Below are positions 50,175 through 62,489 of a DNA stretch of 64,000 nucleotides, in pieces; within the stretch, counting starts at the first letter, position 1, and the number at the start of each line of letters is the position of its first letter. Source of the stretch: Squalus acanthias (Eukaryota); the NCBI GenBank assembly GCA_030390025.1, contig CM059431.1, forward strand, positions 23,498,001 through 23,562,000, in the 5' to 3' direction. Under the pieces are notes generated by a model that had not been told where the DNA came from, did no database searches, and worked only from the letters and a program-made list of their open reading frames with translations. The position numbers and the translations under genes are program-made.

Positions 50175-51240
50175 AAACTGATCACTCTTGATGACTTCAA
50201 CCTTCACCTCAAATCGGTTACCCCCTCCCTCTCATTTGACTTCTCTGCCCTTTTGTCCTCACTCAACTTTATCGTGCATGTAACCTCCTCCACGCACAAC
50301 CTCGCCCACCCCCTTGACCTTGCTATCATTTGAGGCTTCTGGGGTCTCTACCAGTGATAAGGTCATCTTCAATCAATGCCTCCTCTCTCTCTCTGTCCCC
50401 CTGCCCATCTTGCCATTCACTATCCTCACTCACTGCTCCTGGAAAGAACTTAATTCCAGATCCCTCATTCGTATCCTCTCCAATTCCAAATTCCTTCTTC
50501 TTTGCCGCTCCTGCTTCTGCTTGTGGTTTCTCAACAGCTCTCTTAACTCTGACTGACATCTTCATCCCCTCTAAGTCCCTCAATCTCCCTAACTCCCACC
50601 AGTCCCTTTGTTACACTGCCCTGTTTCACATCACGCCTCATCATCCACTACCAGATCCAGCCTGAGCACCTAAAGGAGCTACATCTTCCTCTTCACGGCC
50701 AGCTCTACTATGTTAGGATCATCTTGGCGCATACGGAGAATCCTAGACTTCTCAGCGACAAACTGCCTTCTTTGATCCATTACCCACACTCTCCATCCTC
50801 ACCTCCAATGTTAAGCGCAAGGGGTTTATAGACTTCTTCGTCCCTACAATTGAGACCTTCCACACAGTTACCTCAGCTGCCATCTTCTTCTCTCCTGTCC
50901 CCTCCAACTTCTGCCCTATTTCAGGCCTCCCCTTTATTGCTCTACCAATTCTCCCCTTTCCGCACAGCCCTCACCAGGCTCGTTTTTTCCATGACACCCT
51001 GTTCCCTCAATCCTCTCCTGAACACTCAATGACCTCTTCTTGCCCCAATGCTTGCTGATATAAATGGCTCTCTTTGCTTGAGCAGTGTCATCACCTCCCT
51101 CCTCACAAAACCAACCTCATCCCCTCCATCCTTTACAACTACTGACCTATATCTGACCTCTCTTTCTTCTCCAAGGTCCTTGAATAAGTTTCCAACTCTG
51201 TGCCGAACCGTTCCTAAAATGTCCCCTTTGAATCCCCTTT
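50175..51240 (+). mobile_element. Degenerate L2 fragment (endonuclease/linker region)
   Basis: gatgacttcaaccttcacc (GDFN-like), cccttgaccttgctatc (LDL-like); C-rich sense strand; similar to 41230-41830. Confidence 0.55.
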
Positions 51241-51441
51241 GCCCTGACCAGTGCCAAGAACATGGTGTGACAACCCCTAAAGTGGAATGCAATGCAAAAA
51301 CCATCTCAGTGCTGTTGAACTGCCTTTCTGACTAATGTACATCCAAAACCACTTCACTTGCAAGCTGGCTGTATAATTGGCCCATAAACGCAAACATTTT
51401 GTGAAATAAATCTAAATGTAATATCCTCTCTTTTATTGTAG

Positions 51442-52392
51442 CTGTTTTTGCCGAAGTCAAATATCGACTTTCAAGACAACCTTGGCATGTGGCTCTGAGC
51501 AACCAGACCGTTCATGTTGACTTCAAAGGACTGAACAACGCAAGCGCACAAAATTTAACTGTGTCACTGGTAGACGTGAGGAGAAACCAAACTATCGCCA
51601 CAAAACTGATCCCTGGAAACCGATCCCAGGGCTCTGTGGAGTTTGAGTGCTTTCATTTCAATTACGCTGGCAACTTTGAGTTTAGAGTCACAGATTTCAC
51701 AAGCAACGGCACCATCCAGTGGACAACTGACTTATTGCACGTCGAATGGCCAGTCTTTCACACTGAAGTGGAAAGGAAACCTGACTCACAGAGCAACTTC
51801 CAAATCGAAGTATTTACTCACGAGTATTTATGCCCCTGGAAAGTAAATAGGTTGACGTTATTTCTGGATGTTACAAGGATTGATTTTAATGAACCTGGAA
51901 CTTATAACACCGACAAAGTGTTAAAGAAAACGATAAATAAAGAAATTGAGCTGTCTAATTCCCAGTGGGTGGTGTTTGATTGCAATGATTTCAGCGAAGA
52001 CGCGTTCATAAAGATTTCGCTGAGATCCCCGTGTACCAATTCAGTGATCTCCTCAAAAGGACCGCTGGTGTTTGCCCAAATCGTTGGGTATAAACTGCTT
52101 GTTGATCATTTGAGAGCGGCTACATGTGAATCGTCTGCAGAGGTTCGGATAGTGACACCACCTTGCGCCCGTGCACAAGGCAAGATTTCTGTGTATAAAA
52201 TCCAGAAAGGCGCTCCCTTCAGAAGATTTGTAGCTGAAAGGTGGCTGCGCCCCAGGGATAACAAGACCGAATTCAACTGCTCTGTGTTTGACACTGGGAA
52301 AAATAACTACTGCTTCGAGTATGTTAGCATTCTGAATCACAGCCACACTTCCACCAAAGTTGTAAACTGTGTCACGCTTCACAGACACGCAG
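51442..52392 (+). CDS. THSD1: THSD1 large ectodomain exon
   Basis: TAG acceptor; (A)VFAEVKYRLSRQPWHVALSNQTVHVDF...VEWPVFH...FNCSVFDTGKNNYCF...; donor G|GTTCGT; 951 nt, phase 1/1. Confidence 0.95.
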
Positions 52393-52766
52393 GTTCGTAT
52401 TACTCCTGGATTTCCCTTTCTGTTACTTTATTGACCCACTTAATTTAAAAAAAAGTTTTTTTTTCTCTCTCCAAGAAACTACGACTGTTGCCAGGATATG
52501 AGAACATACTGCACAGTGATAAATGTATAATAATTTATATAAAATTAATGGATTGCGTATACAAGTAAGAAAATTATATTTATCAATTCCTTGAACCACC
52601 ATATAATTTCCTACATTGGTTTAATAACTGGTCCGTGACTATCCAAAAGAGATAAGTGTAGAGTATTAATGTTGAAATACCTATTTCAAACAAAAAATAC
52701 CATGTTGATGTACTTCAATCAAAGTTAATGTTTGAAATAGTTTGTCATCCCAAGAATAGTTACATT

Positions 52767-53905
52767 GGCCTGGATTTTGCGGTCAGCGGCAAAGGAATGG
52801 CACTCGCTGTTGACCTCGAGAAAAGCTGCCCACAAAGATTTAGAAGGCTCCAGAGTGGAGACTTCCTCTATTCTGACCTCAGTTTGATTTTGGCGCCTTC
52901 TATAGGGGATCTGGGCAACACGGTGGCATAGTGGTTAGCACTGGTGCCTCACAGCGCCAGAGACCCGGGTTCGAATCTGACCTCGGGTGACTGTCTGTGT
53001 GGAGTTTGCACATTCTCCCCGTGTCTGCGTGGGTTTCCTCCGGGTGCTCCGGTTTCCTCCCACAGTCCAAAGATGTGTGGGTTAGGTTGATTTGGCTATG
53101 ATAAATTGACCCTTAGTGTTAGGGGGAATTAAATATGTGGGGTTATGGGGATAGGATGGGATATGTTAGGGGGAATTAAATACGTGGGGTTACAGGGGTA
53201 GGGTGGGATATGTGTACTGTGGGGATTAAAGCAGCGACAGGGTACTGGATTTGGATGATCAGCCATGATCGTATTGAATGGCGGAGCAGGCTCGAAGGGC
53301 CGAATGGCCTACTCCTGCTCCTAGATTCTATGTTTCTATGTTTCTATGTCCAGCCACAGGGCAGGCTGATCAGCCAATCAGATTGAAGAATTCTCACAGA
53401 CGGCAAAACAGGAAGTTAAAAGCAGAGAATATAAATCACATTTCAATCATTGTACAGAAAGGGAAATAAAGATTGTGATATACACATGGGATTATGGTAG
53501 AAACTTAAATATCAGAACACAAACTTAAAAAAAATACTTTTTTTAAAAATCTGCAATTTTTAAATGTTTTTCTGAGGGAATGAGACTCTACAATTGTAAA
53601 ATAATTTTTTCAGGGCCAAAGGAGTTGTTCAGCAGTAATCAGCAGAAAAGTCCGTTACTCCTGATTGAACAAGGCTTAACTTTTTCATTGGTCCTTACAG
53701 CGAGAATAGTGGGCAAATAGTATAACTTCTCGTCAAATCAGTGATTTCTATTTTGATTGTATCTGCAAGGACTGGAACAGCGCACCCTGTGGAGGAGCAG
53801 GGTATCTCTGACAGCAACGTCTGGATTTCCGCGTTTTACTGTGCACGTGCAGGCGCCAGAAGTTGCTGTCAGCCTTGCCGTTATTACTACCGCAAATTCC
53901 GGGCC
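52767..53905. mobile_element. PIF/Harbinger-like MITE interrupted by an HE1 SINE
   Basis: TIR GGCCTGGATTTTGCGGT / ACCGCAAATTCCGGGCC; ATT duplication. Confidence 0.72.
52913..53349 (+). mobile_element. HE1-like V-SINE with an internal 47-bp tandem duplication (53117-53210)
   Basis: tRNA head, V-domain, CR1 tail ending (tttctatg)n; the 16420-16798 copy has only one 47-bp unit. Confidence 0.88.
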
Positions 53906-55904
53906 ATTGTATATATATATATATCATGAGTTATGAATTCATTCTCCATCTCAAGTGTTTCAAAGCTGTAATATCTCCATAAATAATGGGCAACACACAT
54001 ATCAATATTAACAAAACTTCGAAGGATGCAGTAATGATCAGCTTTTTCTTTGTAACCCATGAATTGCAGTTGAAGCTATGTTCTTTGCAAACAATGAGTT
54101 TAAAGGGACAGAAAGAAGTATTGATCAGAATTGAAAGAAATATGTAGCTACACTTCTCTCTGTTAATTTTCTTTTTCTCCGGTGGCTCCGATTCTTACTG
54201 CAGTTCCATGGGCCCTCCAGTACTTCGCCTGTGTGCCCATTCTTCATGTGTAAGGTTACACAGTGAGTGTCAGCAGGTTAGTTGACATCACAGCCAAGGA
54301 GGATCCAGTCATCACCCAACATCCCACAAACACAAATCTCTCAGCTGGATAATGGCAGAAGTGGGATCCTGACGATTTTTCCACTTCCTAACCTACAATG
54401 CTGAGTCAATTGTAGTGCCCACTCTAACTAGACTTTCCTAATGCTGTTGCAGTTTACACCTGGATATTACTGTTGGTGATATTAGTGGATGAACACTTGA
54501 CGCATTGGTGTGACATTTCTTTGTGTGCTATTTTAGCAGAGGCTTGCATTAAAATAGCAGGCAATAAAAATGTTATGCAAACTCATTCACCTGTTAATAT
54601 TGCCAGCAGTAATTTCTAGGTTATGCTGTAGTTGCATTGTTCCAACCCTAAGTGATGTTATGTTGTTAAATTCCACACAGTTATTATTGATTTTATCATG
54701 TTACCAGCATCCAGTATTAACAGACTATTATGTTGCAATTATGCAATATTTTTCTCTTAACTTCATTCATGCTGAAGTTGTGGAAAATGCAGTTGTGCTA
54801 GTACACTTGTCACCATTGATTATTCTGGCTACTGTCCCGTTCTTAATGGATGTCAATAATAATTAACTGGCTTAAAGAATAGTTGCTGTCAACCAATCAA
54901 TGAATGAAAGAAAGAGTTGAAGGACCCACTTCCTACCATCCCATTGGTACAGTTTATTAGCTTACCAAGATGCTGTGCCAGCCACTGATGATTCACCATA
55001 CGGTGAGATCTAGATCTCAACAGGGATGTCAGGTAAAGGTAATAAGCAGAGATGTGGCACTTTCCCAGAACTAAGGAGGGGAAACTGGAAGGCAGGTCAC
55101 CCCAGGCTGTTCGTCTGTCCCTCTGAGCAACCAGTTCAACAGCAGTATTGGCAGAGGTCGGGGTACAGCTACCCAGCCCACTGGATTTGTGAGGGGAATG
55201 GTGTGTGACATGGGAATGCTAATTTGAGACAAAATGTACATGTGCAGGCCACCCCATAATGCTTCACACAAGGTTTTGGCATTGTACTTGTCATTGCACA
55301 ATGCATTACGATTATACTGAAATCACCTTCATGCAGCACTTACGCAGAAACATTACATGGTGCTGGTTTAGTTTGTATCAATCCATGCAGTCCATACTAC
55401 TTACACTTCCTCTTTTTAGACTCAATTGTGGCAGACATTGACACAGCACCAGTCCCCAAAGTGTAGTCTAACCCACATATAAATGTGGAGCACAGCAGGT
55501 TTCAACTGTTGGTCATATAGCTATTTATTACAACAGTCCATTTTTATCACAGTACTGTGTCTCTTTAAAAAGTAACCTTTTCAATGTTTGTCTTCTGGTG
55601 TTTCAGGTTTCCTACTGGTACTGCTCTGTACTTTTTCAAAAAAAAAAATAGTTTTGTGACCTGCCTTTACCAATACTCTTGATGACATTGTAAGTGTACC
55701 TCTTTTTTCATTACTTCTCACCAATTCTCTCCCCTCTGCTCTCCTGAAGGTATTAACTGGGACACAGTTCCACAGGTGGGATCACACTCCAGTACCTTAC
55801 CTAAGTTGCCAGTATTCTTGCATGAACGTTGACAGTAAGTGTTGGCAGACTATTCAACTGCAGCAGCAACTCAGCCAAACTCAATCCTGCCTCAGCCAAT
55901 ATCC

Positions 55905-55960
55905 ACATAGACACTCACACATGCACGCACACGCACACACACACGCACAAACACACACAT
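55905..55960 (+). repeat. Imperfect (CA)n microsatellite
   Basis: cacacatgcacgcacacgcacacacacacgcacaaacacacaca. Confidence 0.85.
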
Positions 55961-56583
55961 CCGTTCCAGCAGGGCTATTGGGGCACAAGCCCTGGCTAGT
56001 TTTACCTTCCCTAACCCAGAGGCACTGAAGCCTAGTGCAGCACCTCTAGTTGTGTTGAACTCAGCACAGATTGAGAAGGAAACCTTGGACTTTCCTGGTC
56101 TCTATAACTCATCTACTCGCTGGATAAACGGGTCTAGTCATTGAGAAAACTTGAAAACATACCGTGACTGGTTTTTTCTTCCTCCTGATTTTCTCTCTTT
56201 ATTCTCTCAATTCTTTTTGGATACAGTTTGAATCCCTCATTCAAATGACTATTTTTCATGTGTGAGTGTGAACAGTGAGTGCTATTTGATCACGGGAGGC
56301 CAGTCCTGTTGTCACTCACTATCCGTGCATATGTACTTTGAGCAGGGGTCACTGCACCAGGAAGAAGAACCCTGGCTAATTTTCCATCTCCTTAACCTAA
56401 GTCTGAAGCATGCTCCCATTGTTGCTCTGCTTGATATCAATTAACTTAGCACAAACCTGTGATCAGGGATTGAACCTCGTACCGTCTGCATATGGTGCAT
56501 TTACCCGTTGAACCTTTTGGGAAAGAGGGGGTTACATAAAAGTTTTTTGTTAATCCTGTGGTATAGCATAACACATAAAGTAA

Positions 56584-57061
56584 CCAACAACACTCAAGAA
56601 GCTCGACACCATCTAGGACAAAGCAACCCACTTGATTGGCACCCCATCCACCACCTTAAACATTCACTCCCTCCACCACCGGTGTACCGTGGCTGCAGTG
56701 TGTACCATCTACAAGATGCACTGCAGCAACTCACCAAGGCTTCTTCAACAGCACCTCCCAAACCTGCGACCTCTTCCACCGAGAAGGACAAGGGCAGCAG
56801 GCGCATGGGAACACCACCACCTCCAAGTTCCCCTCTAAGTCACACACCATTCTGACTTAGAAGTATATCGCCGATCTTTCATCGTCGCTGGGTCAAAAAC
56901 CTGGAACTCCCTCCCTAACAGCACTGTGGGAGTACCTTCACCACACGGACTGCAGCGGTTGAAGAAGGCGGCTCACCACCACCTTCTCAAGGGCAACTAG
57001 GGATGGGCAATAAATGCTGGCCTTGCCAGTGACGCCCACATCCCAGGAACAAATAAAAAAA
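56584..57061 (+). mobile_element. LINE family B 3' fragment
   Basis: IGTPSTTLNIHSLHHRCTVAAVCTIYKMH; tail and polyA. Confidence 0.88.
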
Positions 57062-57245
57062 GCCCATAATTATTCAATCAACAACTTGCAGTATTGTATC
57101 TAGAGACTTGTTCAACCATAAATATTTTCAAGAAATATTAGGCAGGAGGATACAAAGAAAACATTCAGTGTCAATAGACAAAGCATGTTCATTTTAATAT
57201 GTACAAAGAGAAAAGTAAAATAACAATATTTTTTGCTGTCTGTAG

Positions 57246-57404
57246 AAAGAGGGAGTGTTTGGTTGTCTTGGAGTCCATGTAGCGTCACTTGTGGTGACGG
57301 AGTGCGTGAAAGGTACCGACAATGTGTTGCAGCTGTCTCAGGGGCAATTGGCTGTAGTGAGGAAGAGAAAGAAGTTTCTCACTGTTCACTTGTGGATTGC
57401 ACGG
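57246..57404 (+). CDS. THSD1: THSD1 thrombospondin type-1 repeat exon
   Basis: TAG acceptor; (E)RGSVWLSWSPCSVTCGDGVRERYRQCVAAVSGAIGCSEEEKEVSHCSLVDCT + G; GTAAGT donor; 159 nt; six Cys, CSVTCG and RxRxR motifs. Confidence 0.96.
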
Positions 57405-58007
57405 GTAAGTAAATCCATCAAATGTAAATGTTCCACCTCAGAAAATATTCACCGCTGTCGCGCGTTTGCCTTATCTCTTTTTCTTGTTCGCTTACATGCA
57501 TTGTATTTATAGAATGGTAGAGGTGATGGAAGAGCAGGATAGTGTTCAATGAGCTACTGTAATAGGGAACTCAATACTGATAAACATGGGCAATGAACTA
57601 CGCAGGATGATAATGTTAATAGAGTTGCAAATTCATTGTTTTTTAGAGACCAAGGTAAGAGCTATAGAATGAAGGGATATTGAACTAATGAAAAGGAAAG
57701 GGAGATAAACCAATCATGGGATTACTCGTGGAAACAGATGGTATTGTTGACAGATGTTGGTGGATCTAATGATGGAATATAAAAGTACAGTGGCTAAGTT
57801 TAAAATGACAAGTGCAAAGGTTGCTCTAGTTTGCTTACAGTGCTATTTGGCCATGGAAAGAATGAGCTTTATAATTGATTTCAGTGAGTGGTTTTAAAAT
57901 TGACTTTGAAGATAAATAGAGAGCTTTCTTGGGTAGAAAGTAGTACTCCCGCTTATATAGTTCTTTATCACATCACTCAAACATCTCAAAGCACTTCACA
58001 TAGAATA

Positions 58008-58406
58008 AAGAAAAGAAAGACTTGCATTTTTATAGCGCCTTTCACGACCACCGGACGTCCCAAAGTGCTTTACAGCCAAGGAAGTACTTTTTGAAGTGTA
58101 GTCACTGTTGTAATGTAGGAAACGCGGCAGCCAATTTGTGCACAGCAAGTTCCCACAAACAGCAATGTGATAATGACCAGATAATCTGTTTTTGTTTTGT
58201 TGATTGAGGGATAAATATTGGCCAGGACACCGGGGATAACTCCCCTGCTCTTCTTCGAAATAGCGCCATGGGATCTTTTACGTCCACCTGGGAGGGCAGA
58301 CGGGGCCTCGGTTTAACGTCTCATCTGAAAGACAGCACCTCCGACAGTGCAGCACTCCCTCAGCACTGCACTGGAGTGTCAGCCTAGATTTTTGCGCTCA
58401 AATCTC
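58008..58406 (-). mobile_element. Deu-domain SINE (head missing)
   Basis: Reverse complement colinear with 8490-8877. Confidence 0.88.
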
Positions 58407-58629
58407 TTGTAATAATGAATTACTCTTAAGTGCAGTGGTTGTATTATGCAGGAAAACATGGCCGCTATTTTGCACATAGCAAGCTACCCACTGGATGAGG
58501 TGTGTAAGTGGCACTAAATTAATTGTGCCCCAGTATAAGCTAGCATATTCAGGAAAGGAGGAGGAGAAAATTCAAAGGAAAAAAACCTGAAAATAATAAA
58601 AAAGAATAAACTACTTGAATATGAGGAGA

Positions 58630-58990
58630 ATCATAGAATCATACATCACAGAAGGAGGCCATGGGGCCCATCGTGCCTGTGCTGGCTCTTTGAAAGAGCT
58701 AACCAATTAGTCACACTCCCCTGCTCTTTCCCCATAGCCGTGCAATTCTTTCTTTCTCAATTATATATCCAATTCCCTTTTGAAAGTTATTATTGAATCT
58801 GCTTCCACCACCCTTTCAGGCAGCGCATTCCAGATCATAACAACTCGCTGCGTAACATTTTTTATCCTCATCTCCCCCCTGGTTCTTCTGCCAATAATCT
58901 TAAATGTGTGTCCTCTGGCCACACCTGCCAGTGGAAATAGTTTCCCCCTATTTACACCATCAAACCCCACATAATTATCAAACCTCGATT
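58630..58990 (-). mobile_element. CR1 3' fragment
   Basis: TQRVVMIWNALPERVVEADSIITFKRELD peptide and tail. Confidence 0.82.
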
Positions 58991-59137
58991 AAATCTCAAT
59001 TTGACTTCATGTGCTCAGCATATTTGGTAACATATTCAGCTGCACTGTCTGAAAATCTTTTGATTTTAATTACTTCTTTTTTAGTCAAGACAGGCAATCG
59101 CATCAAATCCTGCCACAGACTCATTAAGTAGGTTTGT

Positions 59138-59537
59138 ATTCCCTCGAGTGCAGAAGATTAAGGGATTATCTAATTGAGTTGTTTCAGATGCTTAAATGAG
59201 TTGATAGGGTAGATTGAGAGAAACTATTTCCTTTGGTTGTGGAGTCCAGAACAAGGGGGCATAACCTTAAAATGAGAGCTAGGCCGTACAGGGGAGATGT
59301 CAGGAAGCAATTCTTCACACAATGGGTAGTGGAAATCTGAAACTCTTATCCACAAAAAGCTGTTGAGGCCAGGTCAGTTGAAAATGTCAAAACTGAGATT
59401 GATAGATTTTTGTTAGGTAAGGGTATTAAGGGTTACGGAACCAAGGCGGGTAGATGGAGTTAAGGTCAGCCATGATTTAATTGAATGGCGGAAGGGGCTC
59501 GAGGGGGCTGAATAGCCTACTCCTGTTCCTGTGTTCC
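59138..59537 (+). mobile_element. CR1 3' fragment
   Basis: Similar to 1620-2003; ends ~50 nt before the THSD1 last-exon acceptor. Confidence 0.85.
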
Positions 59538-59585
59538 TAAAAAGTGCTATTTTTACTTAAGTGTTCAATTTCTTTCATGTTACAG

Positions 59586-61129
59586 AACAGAAATCTGGAG
59601 CTCCTGGAACAGTTCAAAATGAAGCATATAAAACAGGCAATATAGTGATGATCACAGGAATTTCTCTCTGTTTGGTGATAATCGTTGCCACCATTGCTAT
59701 CACTATACGGACAAAACTATCATGTAAGGCACAGAATTGCAATACTGCAGCGAGACAGGGTTCAGTACCTCCACACAACTTCAGGAAAACCCCTGAGGGC
59801 GAAAGGAACTTCTGCGACCTCAGTCACCAACGTGACATTTTAGCTGACAATGTGCCCCCGCTTCATGTAGAAGATGGTATGAGTATCCCTTTAGCTTTCA
59901 GGAGGAGCCAGCATTTCATTCCAAATCAGGACACACTAACTGAGGAAAACCTAGGACCGCAAAGCACCCAGAAAGTGATCCCTCCTATATTTGGATACCG
60001 TTTGGCACATCAACAATTGAAAGAAATGAAAAAGAAAGGGATAACGGAAGCAACTCAAGTGTATCATGTAACACAGCATCCACTAGATGACACAATCGTT
60101 AATGAAGGAGGAGCCCAGACTACAGAAGTAGCTCACGCTGAATCCAGCACTGTTACAGCGCCCTCTTTGGACAAGGAAAACAATGCGGAAGGTAACATGA
60201 ACAGATTTCGTATTAAATCTCCATTTTTGGATCAAAAATCGATTTACTACAAACAACAAGCAGAAAAAGCGAATCATAGAATGGATTTTATGATTGCACC
60301 ATTTCCAGAACAATTTAGTGACTTTTTCCTATCGTGCCAAACGCCACAAATAAGCAGTGCTGTACCTATCTGTGAAGGAAACAATAAAACACTTCCAATT
60401 AGGCCAGGAAAGCTCAGGCATTGCGAAAGGCTAACGGAGATAGAAATGCATGAAAGAGGATATGGCAGGAATCCTAACTTTAGGAGGACGTCTAGCTTCA
60501 ATGAATGCAAAACCGGGAAGTTCTACAGGGAAAGAAGTATGTCCACTTGTACACAGAAGCTTCCATCCCTATCACACTCCAGAGCTATTTGTAGGGCAGC
60601 AACTGTGACTGACAGATCCACTGGTGACAAGACTGCAGCGCAGTCCAGATTTAATAATGCTAGCTCAGCAAAGCCTCATGTCCGGAATTGCAGTGCATTC
60701 ACATCAGAGACCTCAAAATATCATATGAAAAGTAGTCAAACTGGAGCTCGAACTGGTAAAGCTGAGCTGGCAAGTGATCAGCCAATAACAAATGGTGTTG
60801 TTAATAACTTAGAAACCTATACAGGCAAAAGAAGGTCGAGCACACCAACTAACCGATATAAATTAACTCCTAAAGTCAGTGATCCCAACCCTGAGAAACA
60901 ATCTAATTGGAGGTACCCAAGGAGCAATCCATTGCCTCGCCATCAGTACAGACAAGATCGGTGTCAAAGTTTCCCTTCGGATCCAAACTTTCTTCTGTAT
61001 GACAATTCTGGTTTTGAGTTAACTGCTTCAGAGCAGCGGATAATTGATATGCCGGCCCATTTTAGTTCACATGTGAAAGAGGACGAAGAGGACGCTAGTA
61101 CTTTAAGCAATGAAAAGCTGGTGATCTGA
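59586..61129 (+). CDS. THSD1: THSD1 last coding exon (TM helix + cytoplasmic tail)
   Basis: CAG acceptor; NIVMITGISLCLVIIVATIAITI (TM); QKVIPPIFGYRLAHQQLKEMKKKG, FRIKSPF, FRRTSSF, CQSFP, STLSNEKLVI*. Spliced CDS 2724 nt = 907 aa. Confidence 0.97.
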
Positions 61130-61810
61130 GAAGCTTGAAAAAAGAAACCTTTCACGTCCGTGTAAAATAATTGTTCATCATGTCTTAATCCAAGTGCACC
61201 TATTACTACTGCTTGTAAAAGTGAATTTGTTTTGCTAACAGTGAGGAGGCAGTTTCCATAGGTTTGTACTTAGGCTACGAATCACATTTTCTCTTCGGAA
61301 TGAGGATGGTTCCAGAGGCAAGAAACCACCATTTCTTTTCTGTCCGCCCATTATGTTGACTTTACCTTCCCCAACTTTGAGTTCTATAGAGGGTTACAAT
61401 CCGATCTCAGTTTTTTGATGCACCATAGCAATGGAGGGAGCTAAATTTTAGGGAATTTTTTTTCGGACAAGTGGGCTTATTTCCACATCGAGTTCGGAGC
61501 CAAGCCAGGTAGGCCCATGAAAATTTTGCGCTGTATTTAAAAAAAAAACTTTCCTGAAAACAATTGGAGGATGGACTGTTAATCTACTGAGGATATACTC
61601 AACCACGCGTGCTACTGATATTAATGTCTAAGCACAGTGGTACTTTAAATATTCAAATAACCTTATTGATGCGCAAGATGTTTGTTGAATTTCTGTGCAT
61701 ATGTGCACGTCGGTGGTCTATGTACATGTTTATAGGTTTTAAATATACAGTTGTGTTTCTACACGGTGACCTTCATTTAAAGAAATGAATTCTAAGCTGC
61801 AAAGTTCTCA

Positions 61811-61816
61811 AATAAA
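61811..61816 (+). terminator. Candidate THSD1 polyadenylation signal
   Basis: First AATAAA I found after the stop, ~680 nt downstream. Confidence 0.55.
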
Positions 61817-62361
61817 TGTGATACTTTTAAAGCTGTGATTTCCAATGACATTATTAGACACAAAAGACATGCTTTGTTAGGGCTCTGTTCTCTGAATCTT
61901 AAATCAAATCCTAAAACCAACACATCTACAAATCAATAACCTCTGTCCACCTGGTGTGCAGTAGGAGTACTGAATACAATCTGGATGAGGAGTTGGAGGA
62001 CATCTTTATGGTGACACACTTGGGTGCATACCTCCAATAGGTTCTGTGAGGAATAGTTAAATATTCTATAACATACCTATTTTAATAATTGAACTCCAAC
62101 TATACCTCAAAATTGTTACACCTTTTGGTCCTCTGACTTTAGTTTTTTGTACATTCCCCTCTCTTTTCCTTACTGTAGATCCTTTAATTGCCTTGGACCT
62201 GCTGTCAGGTACTCCCCCCCGCAAAGCCCTTTGCTTCTCTACTTCCCTCATCTCCTTTAAATGTCTTCTCAAACCTTTTCTTTTTGACCAGGCTTTCAGT
62301 CGCACTTCCTAATATTTCCTTCCATGGCTCAGCGTCTGTTTCTCTGTCTATTTCCATTTGT

Positions 62362-62489
62362 AACTTTACCTGACGAAGGGGCGACAGCTCCGAAAGCTTG
62401 TAATTTTAAATAAATCTGTTGGACTATAACCTGGTGTTGTGCGACTTCTCATTTTTGTCCACCCCAGTCCAACGCCGGCATCTCCGCAT
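62362..62489 (+). mobile_element. PLE pLTR remnant, family 1
   Basis: Matches 10325-10427; perfect 13-bp TSD tatttccatttgt (62349, 62490). Confidence 0.85.
62366..62403 (+). ncRNA. Minimal type-I hammerhead ribozyme motif (PLE family 1)
   Basis: UUAC-CUGACGA-A-GGGGC(GACA)GCUCC-GAAA-GC-UU^GUAA; predicted cut after 62399. Confidence 0.82.

Noticed and set aside
52913-52990. tRNA gene-like A/B boxes (also at 8413, 10150-10227, 16730-16798, 36351)
   Set aside because: Each continues into a SINE body and LINE-like tail, so these are SINE heads rather than tRNA genes.
59586-59591. Alternative acceptor CAG 5 nt into the THSD1 last exon
   Set aside because: Using it would shift the frame and lose the TM helix.
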